Positions 25,990-39,415 of a stretch of 64,000 bases of DNA are shown in pieces. The notes below the pieces were generated by a model, which was not told the DNA's origin, did no database searches, and saw only the letters and a list, made by a program, of their open reading frames with translations. The stretch covers positions 29,264,001 through 29,328,000 of the forward strand of contig CM069141.1 of assembly GCA_035221665.1 (NCBI GenBank), read 5' to 3'. How positions within the stretch are numbered: position 1 is the stretch's first letter; the number at the start of each line of letters is the position of its first letter. Source of the DNA: Okamejei kenojei. Its lineage: Eukaryota. A program made the translations under genes and the position numbers.

Positions 25990-27395
25990 GATGCAGTTGG
26001 AGAGGATTCTTCTGGGGAGAATTGACGGCCATTTAGTAGGGAATGAGTTATTTATCGACTGTGAACATGGCTTTATATGCAGCATGTCTTACTAACTTGA
26101 TCAAGCATTTTGAGGAAGTGCCAAAGGTGATCGATGCCAGTAGGATGGTGGATGTTGTTTACATGGATTTTAGCAAGGCATTTGATAAAGTCTCCCATGG
26201 AGGATATGGTCATATGGATTTACAACTGTCCTACTGGAGCGGCATGGTGGCTCATGTTTGAAACTGACTACGGGTATTTGTCTGTACGGAGTTTGTACGT
26301 TCGCCCCGTGAACAGCGTTTTCGGGATCTCCAGTTTCCTCCCACACTCCAAAGATTAGCAGCTTTATAAGCTAATTGGCTTAGTATAATTGTAAATTGTC
26401 CCTAGTGTGTGAAGGATAGTGTAAGTGTGTGGGGATCGCTGGTCGGCGTGACTCGGTGGGCCTGTTTCTGTGCTGGAGATCTGTGATGAATGGAGTTCTG
26501 TAGGAATCTGTGCTGCAACCTGTGTTGTTTGTGACATATATATAAATGACTTGGATGAAAATGTGGCTGGGTTGGTTGGTAAATTTTGAGGTGACACCAA
26601 GATTTCTGGAGCGCCAGACTGCGAGGAAGGGTGTCTAAGTGAACGGCGAAATATACATCAGTGAGAGAAATAGGCAGAGAAATGGCAGATGGAGTTTAAT
26701 CTTAGCAAGTGTGAATGTTGTACTTTGGGAGGTTGAACCTAAGGTGAAAATATGTGATTAATGATACAACCCTTAACAGCAGTGTTGTACAGAGATATCT
26801 TGGGGTCTAAGTCCATAACTCCCTGAAAGTGGCAGCACATGTGGATAGAGTAAAGAAGGCATATGGTATGCTTGCCTTCATTGATCGAAGCATTGAGGTA
26901 TAAGTCAGGAAGTCATGGTGCAGCTTTATGGGACTTTGGTTAGGCCGCATTGGAGTATTGCGAGCAGCTCTGGTAACCCCAATACAGGAAGGATGTGGAG
27001 GCTTTGCAAAAAGGGTGCAAACAAGGCTTACAAGAATGATGCCTGGATTAGAGGGTATTGTAAGGAGAGGCTGGACAGACCTGGATTGTTTACTCTGGGA
27101 CGCCGGAGTTTGAGGGGAGACCTGATAAAAGTTTATAAAATTATGAGAGACATGAATGGGGTAGACAGTTAGAACCCTTTTCCCTGGATGGAAATATCAA
27201 ATACAAGAGGGCATCACTTTAAGGTGAGAGGGGCAAACTCTAAAGGAGATGTGCAGGGCAAGCTTTTTCATAGAGGGTGGTAGATGGATGGAACATGCTG
27301 CTGGGGATGTCAATGAATTTGGCTTGGTATCATGTTCGGCACAGACATTATGGGCCGAAGGGCCTGTCCCTGTATTGTACTGTTCTATGCTCTTG
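25990..27395 (+). mobile_element. Older CR1 LINE fragment with a nested HE1-like SINE (~26237-26480)
   Basis: CLTNL…VDVVYMDFSKAFDKV, LVRPH, LRGDLIKVYKIMR; tail gggccgaagggcctgt. A SINE V-domain interrupts the RT region. Confidence 0.82.
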
Positions 27396-28426
27396 TGTGT
27401 AACAATAATATCTTCTTGTAATTTTAGTTCGGTCTACAAGTCTTTCACGCAAATGTGGTAATCCTTTCAAATGAGAATTCAAAAACCATCAGATGAAAAG
27501 ATTTAAAATGGATCATTAATCTGCTTTATTTCACAGAAAATAAATAGTATAGGGACAGATTAAAAATTTGCCATGGCTGTACTATTTACATTCATTTTTT
27601 ATCAACATTCTACATTTAATTGGCTCAAAAATCAATTACATTGTGATTTTCTTTTCTCACGTTAGCATATTCTGGATGTGAAATATAATCACTAGCCACC
27701 ATATTTTAAAATGAGACATCTTTAAAAGGTTGCAACACTTAGTAACTTACTCAGGATCATTACATTGAATACCTTGTGATTTTATGCAACATAATAAATT
27801 AAGACAAAATGAATATCCTTCAGATTTAGTATAGCTGGACGCTAAATTATGAGAAAATGTAGCTTCCGAATCCAATGAATGCAATCCACCTAAGATCTGT
27901 TTATTTGTCATAGTGGTAATGTTAGTATGCCTGGTCTCATTCAAATTAATGTCAGTACTCGGGAGTTGATTATGGTGGACGCAGCAATGGATTTCTGCTG
28001 AAAATCATGGTGGATTTGGGGTAATTTCTGTTGTTTGAATTTGCTGACCAACTGGTACTGACCTACATTGTGTAAATGTTACATCCTGTCTTGCTTTCCA
28101 ATTTGGCAAAGGAAGCATTGTTATCAGAGAACCTTTGAATGTTACTGAATTGTAAGTGAACAATACCACTCAAAATATGATTGAGTAAATTTAGATAATT
28201 GATAAAGCATCAAATCGTGGGACATCCAGAATAGAGTTGATGGCTGTAACAGGCCTTTGTGGCCAGCTGCAGATGGGACTGTAAAGCGGCACCAAAATGG
28301 CACCTCTTGCTTTTGGATTCAGTGGTCTGTTCTGTGCTGACTGGGACGATTGTGCTTACGTACTGGGGTAAGCTGTATGCCCAAAATGTATTTCACTGTA
28401 CCTGGTACACGTGACAATAAAGAAAC

Positions 28427-30502
28427 TGTGGCGTCAGCCTAAACACGGCCCACTTATGCTCGAACCCTCTTCAGGAGATACGAGGGCGGGCACGTGACGT
28501 CTTGGGCTAGAGGGAGTGTCCTGGTTCTTAAGGTCTCTCATCTCAAGACCTAGGGAAGTCAATAGGTAGCTGAGCCCGAGAGTACAACCTCGATCAGCTA
28601 CAGCAACATTGTAATATGGTTAGCGCACCAACTTTACGTGTCACAACTGAATAAACAACCGTTTGAACCGACCTGACGTCTCACCTTTATTCACCATGTA
28701 TGGTGCCGCTGCATTGGTGACCCCCGACTGTACAAATTGAAATTTAGACTCACCTGAAGCACGCAGCCTCGGGAGACCTGATGTCTGCAGCCGGCTGCCC
28801 AGCCCTGCAGAACTACGCTACCGCCAACCCTGCCCTGCAGTGAGGTGCTGCCTCTTCCCCACCAGCTGCTGCTCACCGGAGCTGAGAAGCCGTGGCTGCC
28901 GCCGCTCTCCTGCTCCCGGCAATGGGGCAGGCCGCCTAGTGCATGACCTCTGCATGACCTGCCTGGAGCCGACCACCAGAGTGGAGAGGTTGTACCCGCC
29001 ACCGCTGCCCCACCACCTGCTGCAGGAGCTGCGAATGTAGCAGCCTCCTGCGAACGTAGCAGCCTCCTGAATGACACACGCCTGCCGGTCCTGGGAGCAG
29101 AGAGAAAGTACCGGCTGCTCTCCCGCTCCCGACAATGGACCAGGGCCTGGTCTCACACGGTGAACACGGCTCCAGGCCCCGCACTGCACCGGCCCCCCAC
29201 CGCTCCAGGCCCGGCACCCGCCTCACCTCACCCGCACCGCACCGGGACTCACCGCCCCAGACCCGGCACCGCAACAGGCCTCGCCACAGCTCCGCGCCCT
29301 GTCCTGTACCGCACCTGGCCCCGCCGGCCTCTGCCCAGGGCCTAACCACCCGATAGGACGGGCTTACCTGGGGCGCCTGCCAAAGACGCCCTTCTGCTCC
29401 TCACCGGTCTTGAATCGCTGGTGAACGCCACCTCAGCCGGCCGGCAAAATAGCCGCCGAGGCCTCCTACAACAAGCGGCCGACCTGACTACAAAAATGGC
29501 CGCCGCGACCGGCCGGAAGTGAAGCTCGAACTTACCGTCCACAGCGCCAACCCCAGGCCGGAAGCCGTCATTGCAGCCTCACCGCCGTCCATAGCGCCAC
29601 CTTCCAGCCGGATGCAGTTCCTGCAGCCTGACTACTGGCAACAGCACCTCATTCAGGCCGGAGGCTGTCACTGCAACACAGCTTTCCTATCATGCACTAT
29701 GAACGCTGGACAATTTGATCTTTGGACACTGATTGCACTGTAATTTGTCTTTTTACTGTTCATTTTTGTGTTCACTGCATTTCCACACTCGGTTCAGAAA
29801 TTAGTTTGTTTATTTTATTTAGTTTTTTTTCCCATCATCGTTGTTGGGGGCCATATTTCACAGGATACTCTCCCTTAGCTGGTCGAGGAAATGTGACCGT
29901 GTCTCTTCGGTCTGGCGGCTACTGCATTGGTCTCCTCGCACCCCTCGGTACTTCGGGATCTCCCACGCAGAGCGTCACTGCGCCGGTGGAGAGCTCCGTC
30001 CCGACCCACGCCAGGGGTGTCCCAGACCCCTTCCATCCAGCGGCTTCTGCATCGGTCTCCTCGCATTCCTCGGTACCTTGGGATCGTCCATGCAGAGCGT
30101 CACTGCGCCCGTGGAGCCCCACGTCCCGACCCACGCCCGGGGTGTCCCAGACCCACATGCAGGAGCCGTCCCTCGACCACGCTATTCCTTCCGCCGATTC
30201 TGGGGGGGGGGGTCCTGTGGCATCAGCCTAAACACGGGCCACTTATACTCGAACCCTCGTCAGGAGATACGAAGGTGGGCACGTGACGTCATAGGCTAGA
30301 GGGAGTGTCCTAGTACTTAAGGTCTCTCACCTCGAGACCTAGGGAAGTCAACAGGTAGCTGAGCCCGAGAGTGCAACCTCGCTCAGCTACAGCAACATTG
30401 TAATATGGTTAGCGCACCAACTTAACGTGTCACCAGTGAATAAACAACCGTTTGAACCAACCTGATGTCTCACCTTTATTCACCACGTATGGTGTCGCTA
30501 CA
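28427..30502 (+). mobile_element. Non-autonomous LTR retrotransposon (Ty3/Gypsy-type cis signals)
   Basis: Two 287-bp TG…CA LTRs (28427-28713, 30216-30502; ~23 substitutions by eye); 4-bp TSD AAAC; PBS TGGTGACCCC(C)GAC complementary to tRNA-Trp 3' end (28715-28728); poly-G PPT 30202-30212; no gag/pol motifs recognised inside. Confidence 0.92.
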
Positions 30503-30510
30503 AAACCATT

Positions 30511-30753
30511 GAACTATTGAACCACCAGCACTATGCTACACACTAGGAAACAATTTATATTTTTACCGAAGACAATTAACCTACACACATGTATGTCTTT
30601 GGAGTGTGGGAGGAAACTGATGCACCCAGAGAAACCCACATGGTCACGCGGAGAATGTACAAACTCTGTATAGACAACACCCGTAGACAGGATTGAACCT
30701 GGGTCCCTGATGCTGTAAGGCAACAACTCTACTGCTGTGCCACCGTGCCGCCC
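30511..30753 (-). mobile_element. HE1-like V-SINE
   Basis: Reverse complement starts ggcggcacggtggcacagcagtagagttg and includes B-box and V-domain. Confidence 0.85.
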
Positions 30754-31209
30754 CCTACAAGCTAACTTTTCCTGATTTGAATTACTCCCTTTAATAACAG
30801 ATGAAGTGCAAAAATATCACATGGAGATTAACTATTTCTTCTTGTTAAAGATTAGTTCACAGGCACAGATTTTAGGAATGTTAAGACTTGCTTTACAGTC
30901 TGTCATGGGATTGTAGTTCTGTTGCACCTTGCTTATGCTTTCTTGACAAGTTTATTGATCCTAAATAATTTCTTATGTTTTATCTTTCCACTCCTGAACC
31001 ACATCCAATATGTTCTATGTTCTCCTCATTTCTAATGAACAAAGGTTTGTTCTTCATTTTCTCCATCTTCCTGTTAACAGAAAATTATAATATTTGGATG
31101 GTGGTAATGAAAATATTTGGAGAAATCACTAATGCAAATTTCGTAATTACTTCCTTCAATGTTTAAAGAAGCATTCATGAATCAGTCATCAGTTATCATG
31201 GGAAAGGGA

Positions 31210-31565
31210 AATTAGAGATATAGAAGGAATATAATACATAGAAAGTATATAGTACGTGAACAATAGATTTTCAAGAAGCAATGATGATTAAGGATAGTTG
31301 AGCCCACAATGGTCCATTGTTGGCTGCGGACTAGGTGATAATGAGTTGTACAGACAATGAAACTCAACAGTATGACAGTGAAACTAGTACGATGACTAGG
31401 TGGGAGAGGGACAGAGAGAGAGGGGAGGCAAGGATTACTTGAAGTTAGAGTAATCAATATTCATACCGCCATGTTGTAAGCTGTCCAAGTGAAATATGTG
31501 GTGCTGTTCCTCCAATTTGCATTTGGCCTCACTCTGACAATGCATGAGACCCAGTACAGAAAGGT
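31210..31565 (-). mobile_element. Penelope-like element 3' fragment
   Basis: Encodes the GIY-YIG C-terminus (…HCQSEAKCKLEEQHHIFHLDSLQHGGMNID…); similar to 15300-15610. Confidence 0.75.
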
Positions 31566-31870
31566 GAGACACTTAGGATTAGGCTGTGAAATGTCTTCAC
31601 TCAGTGTGGTGAACCTGCAGAGTTGTCTATCTGGAAGGCAGTGGAGTCCAAGGCACTGATTATATTTAAAAAGGTAGATAGATTTCTAGGCATCAAGCAC
31701 ATCATCAGGTAGGGAGAGTATAGAATCATGGTCTTGAGATCAAAGATCAGTTATGATTTTATTAAATGGCAGAGCTGGCTTCAATCGCATCACTGCTCCA
31801 AATTGTCTATGTTCTTCTGTTTTAGGTAGGAGTAGAAACAATTTTGCCAAGGCAAATCCTACAAGTAGCT

Positions 31871-32185
31871 TTAGTTTTAGTTTTAGTTTCGAGATATAGT
31901 GCGGAAACAGGGCCTTCTTCCCATCAAGTCCGCACCGACCAGTGATCCCCCCACATTAACACTATCCTACACACACTAGGGACAATTTACATTTATATCA
32001 AGCTAATTAACCTACAAACCTGTGCGTCTTTGGAGTGTGGGGGGAAACCAAAAATCTCGGAGAAAACCTACGCAGGACAGGGGGAGAACATACAAACTCT
32101 GTACAGACAAGCATACAAAGTCAGGATCGAACCCGGGTCTCTGGCGCTGTGAGGCAATAGCTCTACCGCTACGCTACTGTGCCAC
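31871..32185 (-). mobile_element. HE1-like V-SINE
   Basis: B-box ggttcgatcc, V-domain, (ctaaaa)n tail. Confidence 0.85.
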
Positions 32186-34079
32186 TCTTGAAATAGTGAT
32201 ACAAGATCTAACATTTATATTCAACCAGCCACTGGAACTTCAGTTTAAAAACGTGGAACCACTCCCAGTCATATACATACAGGAAGACTTCCAATGCTTT
32301 GTTTAAATAGACTGAACACAATTATTTATATTTGTACGACTACTATAAAAGTTCCCCCCATTCATTGGGGCATATTTGACCTTTCAGTGTATTACTGTTT
32401 TATCAGCATATTAGTTATTTGGTTACCAGATTGAGTCGTTACCTTATTAGTTATCTTGATGTTTCGAGGGCATTGATGACACTTGTGATGCAGCACAGTA
32501 ACCAACTTAATTAAACAGTGGTACACCAGTGGTATTTCTGGTCAGCAATTCAGCTAGGAATTTTAAACCAAAACCCATGGGATACCTCTTTGTCAAACCT
32601 TTGCCTTATCACAGACAGTATTTGGCAAAACAAAAGATCTGCAAGGAATTATTCATTTATGGGGTGCAGAATGGATAAGGTACTGGTTTCTTTAATTAAC
32701 TAAATGGATTTAAGTTCTCAAGATGCATATGGAGATAGCACAGTTCTTTACTGTGTATTATTGGAGAAAATGTTTTGGCAGGAATCAATCAGTCATACAA
32801 CATGGAAACCGGCCCTGTGGGTCAACCAAGATGGCCGTCTAAGCTGGTCCTATTTGCCCGTGTTTGACCCATATCCTAAACCTTTCCTATCCATGTAAAT
32901 ATCCAAATGTCTTTTAAATGTTGTTACTGTACCTTCTTCAACCACATGTATTGGCAGCTCATTCTGTATAAGTACCACCCTCAGTGTGAAAAGGCTGCTC
33001 CTCAGGTTCCTGTTAATTCTTTCTCCTTTCACCTTAAACCTTAAAGTCCTCTAGATCTTAATTAATCAACTGGAGAAAAGACTATGCCATAACCCGAGTT
33101 ATGCCTATATATATTTATTTGCAGAATGTGGACATACTGACAGGATCAGCGATTTTGCCAATTCCTAATTGCCATTAGGAAGGCAGTGGTGAGGCATGGC
33201 CTGTTGTGATGTAATTTAATGATTTTTCTACCTGCTACCCGGGGAGTTTAGAGCAAAACATGTTAGTGGATCTGAAATCAGATATAGGCCGAATCCACTT
33301 CAGGTAGCAATTTTCCTTCCTTGAAGGCCATTGGTGAAACTAGTGGTTTTTTTAACAACAATCTGATCATTGTTACTGAGACTAGTCTTTTGTTATACAA
33401 TTTGAAATTATTTAATTTAGCGTTTAAATGTCATGATGGTATTGAAATTCACATTTCATCATTGAATCAATGGTCCTGTACCATAATTGGCAAAGGCTAC
33501 CCTAATTATAAACACAATGCTGTTTTTGAAACTTTCAGCTTGTTATTATAGATCCAAAATTCGACATGTTTCAGGTCACTTCCATTTTTAGACATAAAAG
33601 ACATCTTTCGCCACTGGTAGCCACAGAAACATCATTTGATGCAGTTTTCTGCACCAGAATCTATTCTCAAATAAAATAGAAAAGACTTTTAGTAGAGGTT
33701 ATTATTGGGTACTTAGATTAAGCTATTTTAATATGAAGATTTATTACCTCTCACCTGACCTGATGATTTTTTCCGGAATTTTCTGTTTTTATAAAAAAGA
33801 CACTCTCTGCTGGAGGAGAAACTTGGATAAAATTACAATTACTAGCGCACTGATACTGAGCAAACCGTTGGAGCACCGGATGTCAGGTCTTTACGGGTTT
33901 CAAGGGAGTGCCTTAAATTATACTGTTAATGTGGTGGTTAGACACAAGGAACTGAAGATGCTGGTTTATGGAAAAAAAAACATACAAAGTGCTGGAGTAA
34001 CACAATGGTCAGGCAGCATATCTGGAGTATATGGACAGGTGATGTTTTGGGTCAGGATCCCATTTCAGAGATAGTTTAC

Positions 34080-36870
34080 GGATACGTTTTAATTTTCCAA
34101 AATTCCTCAGATTTGTGGAAGGTTCCCTGAGATTAGAAAACAGTAAATGTAACTTCTTGATTCAAAAGGGATTGAAACAGAAAACAGTAAACAACAGGCT
34201 GGTTAGCTTGTAGAAACAAAGAACTGCAGATGCAGGTTTATACCAAAGGTTAGCTTGACATGTGTCACAGCGAAAGTTTGAAAAAATAATATTATTTTTA
34301 CATTAGCACCGGACATATTGAACAAATCAAGGTCATCAGGCAAGTTGGCATGATGTTTCACCTATTTATTGGAGTTCCTTCGAGAAGTGAATAGTGAAAG
34401 GCTTGGATAGAGTGGATGTGGAGAGGATGTTTCTACTAGAGGAGTGTCTAGGACTAGAGGTCATGATCTCAGAATTAAAGGACGTTCTGTTAGGAAGATG
34501 AGGATAAATTTCTTTAGTCAGATGGTTGTGAATCTGTGGAATTCTTTGCCACAGAAGGCTGTGGAGGCCAAGTCAGTGGATATTTTTAAGGCAGAGATAG
34601 ATAGATTCGTGATTAGTATGGGTGTCAGAGGTTGTGGCGAGAAAGGCAGGAGAATGGGGTTAGGACGGAGAGATAGATCAGCCATGATTGAATGGCGGAG
34701 TAAAATTGATGGGCTGAATGGCCTAATTCTACTCCTAGTCCTTATGGCCTTATGACCTTAAGTAACAAGTGGTGCCGATAAAGGTTAAAAAGTGGACGTT
34801 CAGATTTTCAGAAACTTTTCATAAGGTACAGCATCAAAGTTTATTGCAGTAAATACAAGCTCATTCTTGGGTGATAGCATCTAGGCATGTATGGAAAATT
34901 GGTTGGTTAATAAGAAACTAAAATAAACCATAAATAACTTCTTGTTTTTCTGATAGCCACCATACAACAACTACAGGGATCAGTGATACTCAGCTCTTTA
35001 TGATTTATATACATGACTAGCATGAATGCACTGAAGAGTGGTTACTAAATTTACTGATGATACTGTAAATAAGCTATTTCGAAGCTTCCCCCCAGTCTAG
35101 GTCAATCAATAAGCCACTGAGTCAGGCACTGGAACATCTAAACTTTATTTTTGGAAAGCACAACAAATCACCCCATATGATACCTAAACCCCTGCAGGTT
35201 CGATCCTCGTATCTGCCTGGCCAAGCCCTTTAGCCTTGTGCAAGCAGAAACACTCCAAAAGGTCACACAGTCCCAAGCGCTCTTCCAGAAGATCGACCAC
35301 GGACCTCGTGGGGGCTGCCTTTTATAGGTCCCCGAACCTTGAGGGGGCCGAACTACAGAGGGGTGGTATATTTACAATCCAATCAAGTATAACAAATTAC
35401 AATAATACATTACTGACAGGTACACAGGCCAATTACAGAATCTTACATTGTTGCAGGTGAAGCTTCCAGAAGAGGCTAATGGAATCTTGAGAAATGCAAC
35501 ATTTACCCTGGGATTCAAACAAACCAGACAGGGCTTAACATTTCAACCAATCAACACTTAACAGGGTAACTGTCTCGCAACATTATTCACAATATATACA
35601 AGGCACTTTCAGAGAGCCAATAAACCTCTTTTTACATTTCCTATGATCTCCTTTGCAGAAATCTCATCCATCTGTCCACTGACAATGCAACACTCATCTG
35701 GACCCCAGACTTGCTGGCACTATTCAGAAGCTTGTCCCATTTCTACAGAGCACACCAGACTTGACCAAAATGGCCTAGCAATTCATAAGTCCTTATTGAA
35801 GTGCGGGTTCTATGGCTGCTCGATTTCAGCCAGGATTACCAATACCAGGGAAGGAAAAAGGGTTTGGAAATAGACAAGACATTACAGAGTGAGATGGATT
35901 GATTAACTCATTTGCAAAAAAATGTGAAATTGTCCATTTAACAGGAAAACATAAAAACAAAAGAAGCTTCTTATATAAATCGTGAGTGATTGTAGATCTC
36001 TGAAATGTAGAGATCAGTGTGTTCTAGAGCATGATTCATAAAAGGGTCTTGTGTAGGTGGAACAATTACTTAAGGAGGCTAATAGAGTATTATCACTGAA
36101 AAAAAAAAACACTGGAGAGGTGGAAATCTAAAATGAAAAAAAAAACAAGTGCTGGAAACATGTAGAAGGTTTGGTGAAAGGTCATTAATTCTGTTTTTCA
36201 CTCCACTGCATGTTATCATTTATTGCAAGGTGGAATTGATTAAAAAATTAGGGGAGTTAATAATACAAATGAAGCATATCATCTAAATTATGTGAGATGG
36301 CAGAGGTCTAGGATACTGAGAGCTGGGTGTTCTCATTCACGATTTGCTAAAAGTGCTAAAAGTTACTAAGCAGGCGATGGTAATTAGGAAAGCCAGCTGA
36401 ATATTATCATTTATTGCAAGGGAAATTGAATACAAAATTATGGAGATATATGGTAATGATTTGATCATTTCTGGATTCCACACAGTATTTTCACGGAGGA
36501 TACTAATGTGCTGGAAGTCATTTAGAGAAGCATTATGAGAGAGGATAATATTGGATTTGATGATTTATCTTATGCAGAAAAGCTAGGCTTGTATTCTCAG
36601 GCCTTTATAAAAGTGAAAAGGGATCTTGAAAGGGTGATGTGGAAAACATCTTTGCTTTTATGGTTCAATCTAGAGTCACTATTTACCTGTGTTTACCTCA
36701 GAAACATCTTTTTTTTCCCTCAAAAGATCAAACGTCATTGGAGTCTCATCTAAGGAAAGGGGCAGCAAAAGGGAAAAAGATTACGAAAGTAGACAGAAGT
36801 GGGAAGGTCATGCTTGTCAGATCAGCCATGATCTTATTCCGTGGTGGAGTGTCCTCCGCCTGCTTCTGAT
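34080..36870 (+). mobile_element. Old CR1 LINE with nested insertions (younger CR1 tail 34395-34760, solo LTR, MER6-like pieces)
   Basis: Degenerate RT sequence in collinear order (…KF(T)DDT…LQ…) ending in gatcagccatgatcttatt. Confidence 0.6.
35064..35841 (-). mobile_element. Solo LTR (778 bp) inserted in an old CR1
   Basis: TG…CA ends; 4-bp TSD ATAC (35060-63 / 35842-45); on the - strand TATAAAA (~35320-26) lies upstream of AATAAA (~35144-49). An alternative inner end at 35636 lacks a TSD. Confidence 0.65.
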
Positions 36871-38164
36871 TTGTACATTCATAGTTCCATGTAGATACTG
36901 TTTTTGCATATCACCGGCTCAGTGTTATTGCACCACAACAATTCATATTCATGCAGTGCCTCGTGAATAATAAAATACTCCCGGGCTCATCATGTGAGCA
37001 TTATTCAATAATGGTTTCAGAAAGTTTAGTTAGGAGAGGGGATTAGTTAAGTCAGGAGGTATCCTGTTAGGATTTTGTCAAGGCAAAGATGGTACTGCAA
37101 TCATCCATAACAAGCGCATATATGTGAATTTGCAGTTTGCTGGACTTTTGGGAGGTAAATGCGACAGGGAGAGTGATAGTGGATCATCTTGCGTAGTCTG
37201 CAGAATGTCTTGGAGGGATAAGTGAGAAAACATGGGTCAGTCCTTGTGTATGCGCTGCATAGGACCCATCAAAAGAGTAAATTGGAGCCTTCAGGTTCCT
37301 GCACAAGAGGAGGCAGTGAAGTGTGTTGGGCACTCCTGAGTGGGCGCTCTGGAGGAACCATCAGCACGTACAGAAGGAAGTTGTAGACTCGTATAAGATG
37401 GTGTCCATATTGCTCAAGATATTTCCTTGGGAATGGTTATGTGCTGTGCAGAAACAGTTTTTTGGACTTGGACTGCGTCACATTGAAATTGCACAGGACT
37501 AGGAAGAGGCCAGCTGACTGACTATAATGAGCTTTCATGTTTCTTTCAGTGTCTGTGGCTGCTACTGTTGGTTGTGTCCAATGAACACTTTGACTTCTCT
37601 GGAAATCTATAAAAGCTGGATTGCATAGAGGGCGCTTTGGATTTTGGGGTCTGCCCATGGACTTGTTGAATCCCAAACAAAATTGCAAAGAAATTGGGTG
37701 CTTATCACTATTAATACCTCTTCATCATTAATACCTCTCCATAATTTCTTGCCTTTCCTGTCAAGGGTTATGGTATGATGTGTTGGGTCATCTCATGACT
37801 TGACTTGCAAAGGGCACATGAGGTAGGAAAGCAATTACATTTACATTTCTCAGAGGTGAATATAGTGTACGATTCCTCTTGACCAGATCATTGACCTGGT
37901 GTCCAGGTTAAGGTATGATGAGGGGTGGGGTTGGTGGGAGGTGAATGCTGGGGTAAGTCAAGTAAAAAAAAAACCCTCAGCTATGGAGAATTAGCAATGA
38001 ATGTAGAGTCATTGGACCAAAATTGACATTTTAATCACACATTTTGTGTATTTTGTTTAATATGGCATATCCAAGCACCAAGTATTCTCGAGTTCACCCT
38101 AATATGAATGTTATTTAGCAAGTATGAGGAAATGAAGATACAATTATCATTCTCCAGCCCATCA

Positions 38165-39020
38165 TATGACTTGGACAGGTTGGGGGAGTGGGCAAATGCA
38201 TGGCAGATGAAGTTTAATGTGAGGTTATACACTTTGGTATCAAAAACAGGAAGGCAGATTACTATCTAAATGGCGTCAAGTTGGGAAAATAAGTACAATG
38301 GGATCTGGGGGTCCTTGTTCATCAGTCTATGAAAGTAAGCATGCAGGTCCAGCAGGCAGTGAAGAAAGCGAATGGCATGTTGGCCTTTATAACAAGAGGA
38401 ATCGAAGATAGGAGCAAAGAGGTCCTTCTGCAGTTGTACAGGGCAATCACACCTGGAGTATTGTGTGCAGTTTTGGTCCCCTAATTTGAGGAAGGACATT
38501 CTTGCTATTGAGGAGGTGCAGCGTAGGTTTACAAGGTTAATTCCCGGGATGGCAGGATTGTCATATGCTGAGAGAATGGAGCGGCTGGACTTGTATATTC
38601 TGGAGTTTGGATGGATGAGAGGGGATCTTATTGACATATATAAGATTGTTAAGGGTTTGGACACGCTAGAGGCAGGAAACATGTTCCCGATGTTGGTGGA
38701 GTCCAGAACCAGGGGCCACAGTTTAAGAATAAGGGATAAGCCATTTAGAGCGGAGACGAGGAAACACTTTTTCTCACAGAGAGTTGTGAGTCTGTGGAAT
38801 TCTCTGCCTCAGAGGGCGGTGGAGGCCGGTTTTCTGGATACTTACAAGAGAGAGCTAGATAGGGCTCTTAAAGATCTATATCTTTAGGAGATCAGGGGAT
38901 ATGGGGAGAAGGCAGGAACGGGGTATAGATTGGGGATGATCAGCAATGATCACATTGAATGGCGGTGCTGGCTCGAAGGGCCGAATGGCCTACTCCTGCA
39001 CCTATTGTCTATTGTCTATT
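38165..39020 (+). mobile_element. HER1/CR1 LINE, 5'-truncated
   Basis: QFWSPNLRKDILAIEEVQRRFTRLIPG…RTRGHSLRI; (ctattgt)n tail. Confidence 0.92.
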
Positions 39021-39044
39021 GAAATGCATAAAACCTGAGATTGT

Positions 39045-39415
39045 TTCGTTTACCTTAGAGATACAGCGCAGACACAGGCCCTTCGGCCCACTGAGTCTGC
39101 ACCGACATGCGATCCCCGTGCACTAGTACTATCCTACACACAAGCTGTTCAGATCAGTTTAGGTTATTGTCATGTGTACTGAGGTACAGTGAAAAGCTTG
39201 TGTTGCATGCTATCTAGTCAGCTGACAATTTTTTTGCCAAAGCCAATTAACCTACAAACCTGTAGTCTTTGGAATGTGGGAACGAAACTGGAGCACCCGG
39301 AGAAAACCCACGTGGTCACGGGGAAACAGTACAAACTCCATACAGACAGCATGCGTAGTCAGTATCGAACCCAGGTCTCTGAACCTGTAAGGCAGCAACT
39401 CTACCGTTGCACCAT
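39045..39415 (-). mobile_element. HE1-like V-SINE with a nested LINE-tail fragment (~39155-39225)
   Basis: SINE head, V-domain and tail, interrupted by ttattgtcatgtgtactgaggtacagtgaaaagc. Confidence 0.75.

Noticed and set aside
28427-28713. Retrozyme-type hammerhead in the LTRs
   Set aside because: No CUGANGA…GAAA core with flanking stems found by eye.
28691-30299. Many ORFs inside the LTR element
   Set aside because: Expected in GC-rich DNA; no gag, protease, RT or integrase motifs recognised.
37080-37700. Moderately GC-rich stretch that might be coding
   Set aside because: No recognisable peptide or splice pattern in the frames I read.
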